Shown: in pieces, positions 27,401-38,170 of the stretch
Position numbering within the stretch: position 1 is the first letter of the stretch
Layout: every line of letters starts with the position of its first letter
DNA from: Paragordius varius
Lineage: Eukaryota; Animalia; Nematomorpha
Length of the DNA stretch: 64,000 nt
Direction of reading: 5' to 3'
Assembly (NCBI GenBank): GCA_964247055.1
Contig: OZ176057.1
Location: 2,728,001-2,792,000, forward strand
Notes under the pieces: generated by a model
Database searches by the model: none
What the model saw: only the letters and a program-made list of their open reading frames with translations
Told to the model about the DNA's origin: nothing
Program-made: the position numbers and the translations under genes

Positions 27401-30400
27401 ATATATATATAGTGTCTACATACATAGACAATCTTGCGACAATTTTTATTGAACACAAATTTCTTCTCACCTTAAAAAATAACTTTTTTCCTAATAAAAT
27501 ATTACCATGAGCCATGAAAATTATTTAACCGAAGCCCTAAACCATAGTTTTTTTAGTGGGTGCGATAACGCATACAAATTCATATTTGCATAAAATATTT
27601 TTTGTGTTTATAAAGGGTGATAAAGGAGCTTCCGGTATCCCTGGTTTAGATGGAGAAAGAGGTCGAGACGGTATTCCCGGCGCACCTGGTCAAGGTGGTA
27701 ACCCTGGGACGGACGGATTTCCTGGAAAATCTGGCGAACCTGTAATTCATTTATACTTTCATCTTTTATTAAACATATTTGGAAAACACAACGCTACTTT
27801 TTGATAAAACATTACTGGACAAAAAGCCAAGGAAAATTTTAGTGATTAGTATAAAAAGTGAAAATTATAAATCTAAGCCAATAATATTTCTCTTTGCTAA
27901 ATAGGCTATCCAGAAATAATATTAAAAAATTAGCTATGTATACATACTCATATATATAATTTTATTTTTCATCTTTTGTAAATACAACGCTACTTTTTTA
28001 ATAGAACATAGTTAGATAAGATTTACAAAAATACAGTAACAATATTATTAATTACAAGCAATGGAAAAATATAAAAAATTCCTAGCCTTTTACCATTAAT
28101 ATTGTTTCTTCATTGTAACTTAACACTATCTAACAATAATTAATGTGAAAAATTAGCAATATATCTCTATTGTACACTACTCTATATTTTTTATGAATTA
28201 TTCTATTTTCATCTGTATTATAAAAAATGTTTCTAGGGATTAGATGGCAGACCAGGTCAAGATGGTCAACCTGGACAACCAGGCGCCCCTGGTAATGATG
28301 GATTCCCTGGAGCTGATGGAGCTCCAGGAAAGAATGGAAATCGCGGCTCACCAGGACAAAGAGTAGCTAATTATTCTTTTTTATCAATTTTATTACATAA
28401 GGAACTCGAAAGTCATATTGATTTAAAAGGTTAAAATTATTTGTGTAGGTATAATTTGAGTAAATATGATAGAAATTGATATAGTCTATATGCGAAAGGG
28501 TTAAATATTTCTAGAAAACACAAATTGTCATAATTTATCTGATTGCTATCAACGTTTATGGTAAATATAATTTTTTTTAATACATGTCCACTCATTCCAA
28601 CATAATCCCTTTAACCTTAACACATAAGTGTGATAAAGTGCATCAAACAATTTTGTAATATTACTAATATTTGGAAAATTAAATTTAGGGTCAACAAGGT
28701 TCAAAGGGTGAACCCGGTTTCCCTGGCAAAGATGGAGATATTGGCGCCCCCGGGAATGATGGACGCCCAGGAGAACCCGGCGATGCCGGAGCTCCAGGTG
28801 CCCCTGGTCAGGCCGGAAATCCTGGCGCAGATGGACTTCCAGGTAATTTTTATGACCCATAAAAGTTTTTATAACCTATTGATAATAAAGGTAACAAGTT
28901 TAGTTTAAATTATAATTTAAACTTTATGATGCGTTTTTATTAAATTCGCCATCTAAATAGCAGCGTTAAATTAGAAAAGATTAAGGATAAGATAATACAT
29001 TTTTGGACTGGTGTTTATGATTTAAGCTGTAAAATGATTTAAATGTTACATAATATCATTTTTACAGTCAAATGTTTAAAATATTAAAAAGGATCTTGCC
29101 CCAACCTTGTTTTTACACCAGCGTATAATATTTAACACCAAATGATTTGAATTAAACACTTTTCCCTATACCTTTATATCAAATGTATTTATAAAATTTC
29201 GGAAATCTTTTATATAAAACATGTCGTTGACTCTAACACATATCATTATTATACATGATAAAACTTAAGTAATACCTGCCACATTTACATGTTAAAGCAA
29301 GTGTTATAATATCGGAAAAATAGGTTTACCCGGGAGTCAAGGACCTAAAGGACCCCCCGGACCCCCAGGCAAGCCCGGAGCCCCAGGGTTGATTGGAGAG
29401 CGAGGTGATGCTGGACCAGATGGGTTAGACGGTGCCCCTGGGTTGGATGGTGCCCCTGGAAAACCAGGTCGTCCCGGTCCCGACGGTGCTCCTGGAAGGT
29501 GTACCAATTGTCAAGTTGCTGGACCCCAAGGTAAGAACCCAAAACGTTTTTTTTGCCTTATGAACATTTATATTTGGTAATGGTTGTTGTTTAAAGGAAT
29601 GAAAAGTGACTTTTTGGGGGGTTTACCATTTTCGAGTAGCAGGACCCTAAGGTAGAACACAAAACGCTTTTTTTACGTTATGAACTTTTATGTTTGGTAA
29701 TGGTTGTTTAAAGGAATAAAAAAGTAATTTTTTTGGGGTGTACCATTGTGTTATAAACTTTTATATTTGGTAAGAAAAAAGTATGCTAATTTTTGAATTA
29801 TTTAAGGTTTGTTAAAAGGAATGAAAAGGTAATTTTTTGGGGGTGTACCATTTCCAAGTAGGACCCCCCAAGGTAGAACACAACACGTTTTTTTTGCCTT
29901 ATGAACCATTATTTGGTAATTGTTGTGCTTAAAGGAATGAAAAATTGATTTATTAGCTTGTGCCATTGTGTTATAAACTTTTATATTTAGGAAAAAAGTA
30001 TGCTAATTTTGAATTATTTAAGGTTTGTTAAAAGGCATGAAAAATTGATAATTTTTAGCGTGTACCATTTTCGAGTAGCTGGACCCTAAGGTAGAACACA
30101 AAACGCTTTTTTGTGTTATGAACTTTTATATTTGGTAGGGAGAATGCTAATTTTGTTTCAATAATTTATGGGTAATGGTTGTTTAAAGGAATGAAAAATT
30201 GATATTTTTTAGCGTGTACCATTGTCAAGTGGCTCCAAGGTAAGAAGAAAGAAAGAAAGAAATTTTATATAACAAAGTGTTTTAATTTGGTTAGGGAACG
30301 GTTGATTTTTGGCTTGTAACCTAGTTTTTGGTTAAACTATTGAGACGGAATGTCATGGTAAACGTATTGATTTTTGGTTAAGAGTGGCTGGATCCCAAGG

Positions 30401-32157
30401 TAGCACTAAAGTTTTTTGGGTTATTTGCCTTTATCTTGTGGAACAAAGTTTGCCAGGGTAACGAATTGTTTATTAAAGCACAAGGTAAAAAGAAATTACA
30501 TATTTTAAGTGTTTTTTTGTGTTACAAACATTTATCGGTAACATAATTTGGACTTAATCCAGTTTCTGTGTTGAATAATTGACAATGGATGTCATTTAAA
30601 ACCATGATAGTTGTTGTGATGATTAAATGGCCATTTTTTTAAGTGTACAAAGTTTCTCTCTAAGGTATAAAATAGTTGGATATACATGTAATCAATGTTA
30701 AACTATTTTTGTGTATACAGGCATTCATTGAGGGATTCGGTTATCATATCCTCTTTGTTTTGTGTTAAATTATAGACACTAAATATATATCTAGGGATCA
30801 AAAAATATATATCGATTTTTGTTAAGGTTAGTTGCCAAACTTCAATATTCCAAGTTTTTTTGTGTGTAATATATTTTGGTTTTGGGACATAAAATTTAAT
30901 AGAGCAAACAGATGTCCTTTAAATTGGCAAATAACGTTAGAGATAATTTAATTTTAAATTAAGAAATAAAAAATAGAGTAGTCTTTTCAGGATATTTTAA
31001 TTTTCCCTTATTTTTGATAGTTTTGATGGAAGAATGGGCTTGCCATGTCCATTGGGGAAAAAACAAATGCAGTGGTCTTTCACGAGACGGAACTCTCATT
31101 TATGATGGTAATTATATATTAATTTGGAATATAAACAATATTTATGCATAGATTTACTACAAATTATTTTATGACCGCTACAATGTAGTACAAATTTTTA
31201 AAGCAGATAAATATTTTAAAATGATATTTGGAGTTAGGTGTGAAGGCGTGATGATATAGTAGGTAGGCCGGACTCTCACACTGCGTGCCTGAGTTCGAAC
31301 CCCGAAACTACGCATTTTTTCCATCATCACTGTCAGCCCTGGGCAGGCGAGTTTTAAGGCCTTCACATGTCCGGATACAATTTAAGTCCTTACCCTTTAA
31401 AAAAGGAAAAAAGAGACTCTAAACTGTATATTTATTTATTTTATTTAGAGTTAGGTTTAGAGCCTCTTTTCCTTTTTTTTATGAAAACGATAAGGGCTTA
31501 ATTACAGAGCCATGAAAGTTTAACACAAGCCTACCCAAGCTTGACAGTAATAATGAAGAAATCGCACAATTTCAGGATTAAACACTAACATACATCAGGC
31601 ACCCTATTTACAAACTATTATTCCGCTTTTGTTACATATTTCAATCGGTTATAGTAAATTAACTTTTTTTGCTCTTGAATATAGGTTACATCTCTGGTGG
31701 ACACTACTTTTTCTCCGGTTCGGGTTATGATTATCAATGTTTGCCACGCAATCCCACCTATGATCAATACTCGGACGGTTTCCAATCCGAAGCTAACATA
31801 TACGGGGCTGAGTATCGTATCTATGATGCCCATTCCCCACTGACTCGCCGTGGCCATAAATTCAAGGTTGGTCTTTGCGCTCTGTGCTGTGTCCCACGTC
31901 CCGATGTTTTCGTGTTCCCCGGGTTTACCCAATGTCCCCCCAAATGGACTACAGAGTACCGCGGTTTCATTATGTCAGGCAATGAGGAACTTTCTCGTGC
32001 CTTTTACATTTGTATCGATGAAGATGCAGACTATGAAACGAGTGGAACCCCGGGCGATGGTGCCGCCCTGTACGTGACAGAAGTCATGTCGGGTGATTTG
32101 AACCCAGCTGTCTATCCTTCTGGTCGTGAGCTTTCATGCGTTGTGTGCACACATTAA
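21440..32157 (+). CDS. Type II membrane-anchored collagen, about 795 aa, with furin site and short-chain collagen C4-like C-terminal non-collagenous domain
   Basis: Exons: 21440-21775, 21912-22005, 22593-22747, 23473-23598, 24645-24770, 25232-25357, 26649-26774, 27119-27244, 27616-27741, 28237-28362, 28689-28842, 29324-29530, 31021-31107, 31685-32157; all GT-AG and phase-consistent. TM segment [32 protein letters not shown] site, CKTC, roughly 145-150 Gly-X-Y triplets, CTNC, then VHWGKNKC...[21 protein letters not shown]...CALC...[14 protein letters not shown]...ELSCVVCTH. Family name is from motif recall. Confidence 0.92.
22776..23020. mobile_element. MITE family C
   Basis: tata-ccatttacag ... 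ttgtaaatgg. Confidence 0.75.
23650..24022 (-). mobile_element. Non-autonomous Penelope-like/retrozyme-like element with inverted pLTR arms
   Basis: About 100-bp inverted arms (23657-23752 and 23887-23983) flank a hammerhead; homologous to the element at 52083. Confidence 0.7.
23764..23820 (-). ncRNA. Type I minimal hammerhead ribozyme
   Basis: Minus strand reads ATAGTTGTGTCGTA-CTGATGA-GTGCT AACA AGCAC-GAAA-C TA G-TC|TACGATTACTAT: intact core, 5-bp helix II, bulged helix I, GUC triplet. Confidence 0.9.
25601..25874. mobile_element. MITE family F
   Basis: gcatggtggaaacg ... cgtttacaccatgc. Confidence 0.65.
29500..30400 (+). repeat. Intronic tandem array (about 110-155 bp units) seeded by the collagen exon-12 end and its splice donor
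   Basis: Exon end tgtaccaattgtcaagttgctggaccccaag|gtaagaacc reappears in degenerate form near 29622, 29843, 30060, 30214 and 30380, with truncated units between. Confidence 0.85.
31246..31314 (+). pseudogene. tRNA-Glu(CTC)-derived pseudogene or SINE head
   Basis: Box A-like TGATATAGTAGG, loop CTCTCAC, box B GAGTTCGAACC, followed by T6; anticodon and T stems do not pair properly. Confidence 0.6.
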
Positions 32158-34352
32158 ATCGATCAAAATATATAATCGAATTGTATATATATATATATAT
32201 TTATAAAATTGTGTGTAAATATTCTTGCTTTTTTTGTATATGCGAACTCAAAGTTTTATACTTTGCATTTAACTCACATATAGGCCGCTAAAAAAAGATA
32301 AGTAAATTTGAAAAAATTTAATTGGATTTTTTGATATCAAAGGTATTATACACATCCCTACACATATATTATTATTGTAAGCAAATCAAATACAACTTTG
32401 GTGCATTTTAAGCATATTATATCCTTGTTAACCTTTATAATATGCTGCTAACCTTAACTCTATGCATTTCCAAAATCAAAATACAATCAACTTACTATAA
32501 TGAGGTTGGGCCTAAAATTGATATTTTTTGTGTATGTATGTATGTATTTATTTTACCCAACTTTTGAGTGTTTTAATAGTCTTGTCACATATTCCGATGC
32601 AATTTATTTTATACAATTTCCATCCTTTATATAAATTTATATTTCAGGTATGCACCATATGCTAAATAAATTCATATTTTAGCATAGTCTATAACTTATT
32701 CGAAAATTTTATTTTTACAGTAAAATATACAGACAAAATGTATAAACATAAAGACATATTTTAAAGATAACCACACTTTTATAAACCTTAATTTTTTCCA
32801 AATAAAATATTTTATTATTAAAAATATATATAATTGATTGTGTCACCAATAAACATCTCTATTTCATACTTTGCAATTCCAAACAGGGAGTTATCATGAT
32901 TTTAAAAGTATAGATGCCCTTAAATATTTGTCTTTATATTTTTACATTTTGTCCGTATAATTCTAATTTTTATTGTATTATGACCTTTTTCTTTGCTACT
33001 TTTTGCTGTAGTCAATCTTATGTGTTGGGGATTTAAGCCATTTTCATATTTTCTATAAACTTTCTTGTGAACCAGCTTTGTATGCCATCTTTCCTGTTAT
33101 GAAATAAATATTTTAGGTGAATTTGGTTTTAGTTTTATTGTTTTTGCCTGATTAATGGTTATTTAGAAATTCTTTGTTAGACTGACAGGAAAGGGTCGTT
33201 AGTTTATAAAGATGTTAGCCAAACCTTTATACTACCCATCCTTAAAGTGTTTATACCCTTTTGTTAAAAAATAATTAGGCATTTTGAATAAAGTACTGCT
33301 ACTTTAAATAAAAAAAATTAGAACCTGTTTAAAAATGCAAAACATTTTTGATAACTTTGATTGCAAAATTTTTTGCAAAGGCTTAAAGTTTGGGCTAAGA
33401 ACCTATTCCCTTGCAACGAAAATATATTGGCGATTCCCATATTAAAATATTTGGTTTGTAAAAGGAATATATAACCAAAAAATTAAATTAAACTGTTTTA
33501 TAATTATTATTATAGAGCTAACATTTCAATTATGTTATTGTAAACGTGGTAAATTCCATTTTTGATGCTGTTAATCCAAATGGGTGGTAGAATATGCCTT
33601 CACAACGATTTCATACATTTCTATGTGTGCAAAGAAATATTCTCGATTTTTAATTATGTTTACTAATTATATTTTGTATTTTCGCTTTTTCACTCAAAAC
33701 AGAGTATTTTGATACATTAATAAAAAATTTTTTGGATAATATTGGTTATAACTAGTGTTATTTAATGACAATTTTTAAAACTTCGCCTTTTGCAATTTTC
33801 GATATGTTGCTTTTAGAGTTGTTATTCAAACACCGCCAAAACTATTTTCTTATTCAAAAAATGTATGCCCGTTTTCCGCTTATAGTATACTAACATATAA
33901 ATATTATTTTTTTTCAGACAACTCAAATATTTTTAATGAAGATAAGATTCATTGGCTAATACTATATGATAAATAATTGCAATCTAAATTTTAATTGAAT
34001 AATTTGACGCAAAGTTTTTGTGGGAAATCGCAATACTTTATATACATTCACTAGAACATACGTTATTCCGAACATTGTAAACTGCCTTATTAACGTATGC
34101 CCTAATTTGAAATTTATCGATTTCGTCAAAAGAAATTTAATTTATTTTTGCTGAATATCTGAATTTTTTTGCCAATCTTCTTCAAAAACTCTGTTAAAAA
34201 TCACAATAATAACATTTATTTGATGTGTCCCAAATTAAAAAATATTTTAAATTATAATAATAGTATATTAGTTTACAGCAACATTTGACACATAATACAT
34301 GATGTGTTTTCAATATATCTAAAGATAAAATTCGTATCAATATATATAATCA

Positions 34353-34706
34353 TTAGGAGCGGTGTTTTCTACGATTATTTTTGTTGGTATGGCCTTTGTG
34401 CAAACCTCGATTAGATTTTTTAGCTTTGTGTAAACCCAATTTTTTGCCCTTGTTTTTACCTTGTGATTTATTTTTTCCATGTTTCTTGGCAATCTTTTTA
34501 GGGTGTTTTTTAGCGGATCGCTTTTTCCTCCGTTTTTCACAATCACAATTCTCATCACACGTAAAATCGTCTTTAGGTTCCTGAGTATTTTGCCCACTTA
34601 TAGGGTTTTCAAGATTGCTTTCTGTTACATCTCCATTGGGTACAAGTTGGGTTTGTGCCTTAACCTGACTCATTCTTAGCAAAAAGATGCATGCCAACAA
34701 AGCCAT
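34353..34706 (-). CDS. Small secreted precursor: signal peptide, acidic pro-region, CxxxCxC, furin site, Lys/His-rich cationic tail
   Basis: 117-aa ORF preceded by an acceptor-like ttttttag; MALLACIFLLRMSQVKA signal-like; RRKKR; final 54 aa contain 18 K, 4 R, 6 H and no D/E. Confidence 0.7.
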   Translation of the reverse strand: MALLACIFLLRMSQVKAQTQLVPNGDVTESNLENPISGQNTQEPKDDFTCDENCDCEKRRKKRSAKKHPKKIAKKHGKNKSQGKNKGKKLGLHKAKKSNRGLHKGHTNKNNRRKHRS

Positions 34707-35932
34707 TATAATCTAAAAAAGGTGTGACATTCTATATATAAATAATAATCCATATGTTACGGGAAGGTGTCGCACTTTAAAAAAGACCGGAAAACCTTAA
34801 TTATATTTATTTTATAGTTTCATCAGTGTTTACTCCGTTTTCAAAAGTTTATTATGTTAGTTATGCTATATTAAAATATATGGATTGATAAAATATTGAT
34901 ATTATTAAAGATAAATAAATATTAAAGGGCTGGAAAAAAGTTAAGATTTATTGTTTGGCCGAATACGCAATTTTAAAATATTTTAATTTAACACTTCTTG
35001 GGCCTCTTTGGGAGTTCACAGCTATTAAAAATTTAAATATCATAAGAGGTATGTAAAGTACGAATATAAAACATGCTTTCTTTAGCCTTTTAGGCGCATT
35101 ATGCAAAAATATTTTTATAAATAATATTAAAAAACATACATCTCAAACTTTTTCGCCACGATTTTTTCCTTATTTTTTATATAATCTTTAAAATATAGAC
35201 TAATAATTGATTATTATGGGTCGAAAATGATAATCTTTAGTAAGCTTTCAGGTTAAATCTTACCAGTAAAAACTTGATAATTTTATAATCAGCTGTTTGT
35301 TTCAATCGTGTTTCGGAGCTGTCCGAATTACATATTCAAGAAGTTTAAAAGCTGTAAAAATATAAAAAAATTTCTAAAACTTGAAAACAATGTTGAATAA
35401 TTTGTTTATTACAAGATTTAGCTTTGGGGTATAAACCTATCCCAATATGTCATCGAGGTCAAATAAGTGAAAAAATAAGGGTTAAAACAAACTTTTTCGA
35501 AAAGCATACAATGGATAACACTAAAAATATATTTTATCTTTTTTTGCCATAAATAGAAATCTGAAATACTATGAAAAAATGGGTTTTATGTGAAGAATTG
35601 CAATTTTTTAAAAAATTTCAGCCCTAATTTTGACTAAAATCCTTCCAATATTTCACTAGACAACAAATTATAACTTTTTTAAGTGCCATTCTTGTAAATT
35701 TAAAATTTATTTTATTAAAGTACATAAATAGTATTTCTGAAAAAAAATGGTTTAACACCTTAGAACAATAGCTTTCGAAAATTTTTAGCCCATATTTAAC
35801 ATTCAGATATTGAGCCATGTATTTTATATCATACGAAAGAGGGCGAAAATTTAAATTTTTTGAATGGTAGTTTGTCATTTAAATCAATATTATGTGTTGG
35901 CTTTATTTGGTCAACATTTTCAACCCTTAAAT

Positions 35933-36510
35933 ATCCCATTTGCACCTCAAGAGTGTTCTTGATCATTTCAAGTTAGTCCTTGAACACTTCGAGTTTAAGT
36001 TGGTACTTCAAGTTGGTCTTTAAACATTTTAACTTAGTTCATAAAATTTTTAAATTTGTTTAACCATAATTATTGCATTTATTTTTTTCTTTTACTATTT
36101 TTTAACCTATTTTAATTTTATATTTAAATATTTAAATTAAAAATATTATTCACAAACGATTATTATCAAACCTATTTTTTTTCAATATAACAAAATTATT
36201 AACTTTTGAATGTTTTCAATGAAAAATCGTTAATAAGAACCCAAACTTATATATTTTTTGATTACGTGTTATAAATATCTTAAATTAAGAAATTAATAAA
36301 GATATACGGTTTTTCAATAAATAAGATTTGATTTTGATTAAAAATGTTAAACAAATAGGTTAAAAACATAGATGAATGATTTATCAATTAATAAAAGTTT
36401 AAATCCAAAACAAAAAAGTCAAGGAACAAACTTGAAGTGATAAAGAACCAACTTAAAATGTTCAGGACCAACTTAAAGTGTTAAAGGACACTCTTAAAGT
36501 GCAAAGGGTA
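35933..36510. mobile_element. MITE family G (TIR about ATCCC(A/T)TTGCAC) with caagttggtccttaaacattt subrepeats
   Basis: atcccatttgcac ... gtgcaaagggtat; mirrored subrepeats at both ends; partial copy at about 26400-26520. Confidence 0.65.
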
Positions 36511-36659
36511 TAAGTCAAAAATTTTCAGACAAATTATTAAAATCATATATAGATTTATAAAAATGAATCCTGGCTTTGTGAGTTGTTTCCGGAAAACCGG
36601 TAGACCCATTCATATCCAAATAAAAAAATATAATCAGAATGGCCAGACAATAGCTTCGC

Positions 36660-38170
36660 CCTTTTTTAAATTGAGCCCCCAATCGGGCTAACCCCGTGTA
36701 TAAAACGGTTTTTTTTAAAACAAGTTTACGAAAATCGTGTATTTGAGACAATTTTTCGGCAAACGTGTTAGACCATTCGATTTCAATTAATTTTTTTTAC
36801 TTATTTTGATTGCGCCAAACATAGTCGGCTCACTTTTTTATTACCGCTCTCCCGTAAAATGCCATTTATTTCAAAAAACCGGGTTCACAAAAATAATTTC
36901 TTGAATCTATTTTCGCCCAAGGTATGAGACAGTAAAAATTTAACGAAGATTCCAGATATTCCTGTTAAAAGGTAAAAATTTTAGTTGTGAGTTTTTTTAT
37001 ATTGGCTGCTGGCTAGATACCCGCTAAAAACTGCCCCGTCATATCAAAATAGCGTTTTGGGGCTAAATTTCAGCAGGCCATATGAGATACATGCTTAAAA
37101 TGTTACCCGTAATAAGGCAAAAATTAAGGTAGTGCGGTTTTTTTATAATTAGTCGTTAATTGGGCCCTTCATGGCCTAAAAAATGCGCCACCATAGAATG
37201 ATTTTTCAGTTTTGAGACAATTTTTCCCAAAACTAATAAGAGCATATGGAATCAATCATGATTCCAGGTCTTAACCGAATTAAGGCAAAAAAAATTAATC
37301 AAGCGTTTTTTGTTTCGCCTCTGGTTAGGGGGCTATCCGCGTAAAACAGCGTCACCATATCGATACAGCTAGCCTTTGAAACTAATTTCAGAAAACCTAT
37401 GAGACTATGTAAGTTCAATAAAGGCTTAAAATATTTATTACCATTAAAAAACAATTATTTTAGCATAGAAAATCAGTTAGTAAAGTTTTACGCCCTGAAA
37501 ATGCGCCGCCTAGAACAGTTTTAAGTTTTAAAGCATGATTCCAAATTATAGAAACATATGGAATCCATGATAATTCCAGAGATTGCCCATAAAAAGGTAC
37601 AAACATTTTCCCGCTTTTATAACTTGGGTAAGGAGCTACCCGCCAAAAACTGCGTCACTATATAGAAATTGCGTTGTTTTGGAGCTAATTTACAGAAAAT
37701 TTATGAAGCCATATGTGCTCATTTAAAGTTTGAAATATTACCCATAGCTAGGTAAAAATTAAGGCCAAGCGTTTTTTTAGCCGTTGATTTGGGGCCTTTA
37801 TGCTCGAAAAATACGCCATCATATAGCGATTATTTAGTGTTGAGAGATTTTTTTGAATAACCCATGAGACGATGGTATCAAAGATGATTTTAAGTATTGC
37901 TTTATAATGGCAAAATATTCAACTCAGCTTTTCCTTATAGGTCTCTGGGTAGGGTACCGGTCTGAGACGCCATGCAAAAATGGTGTAGTTTTGGAGCTAA
38001 TTTTTAAAAAACTTAAGCCATACGAATTAAAAAGTGGCTTTAAATAATACCCACAAAAGGTAAAATATGGTATAGCGGTTTTTTCCGTTGGCCGTCGATT
38101 TGGGGCCTTCACACCAGTAAACAATATTAGCACGAATGCACAGTTTTAAAAAGCACCGTTTTGAAAATCC
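36660..38170. repeat. Degenerate tandem array, about 155-bp monomers in alternating A/B types
   Basis: GC-richer motifs ggggct(a/t)cccgc...aaaactgcg and ggggcc(c/t)tt...aaaaatgcgcc alternate near 37017, 37160, 37328, 37490, 37632, 37790, 37950 and 38100. Confidence 0.65.

Noticed and set aside
22563-29580. ORF-track entries over the collagen exons (22563-22823, 25161-25361, 28130-28351, 28549-28860, 28630-28908, 29345-29542)
   Set aside because: Antisense or off-frame shadows of GC-rich Gly-X-Y exons.
31246-31314. Functional tRNA-Glu
   Set aside because: Anticodon and T stems do not pair; kept only as a tRNA-derived sequence.
31618-32077. ORFs 31618-31932 (-) and 31850-32077 (+)
   Set aside because: Overlap the last collagen exon in other frames.
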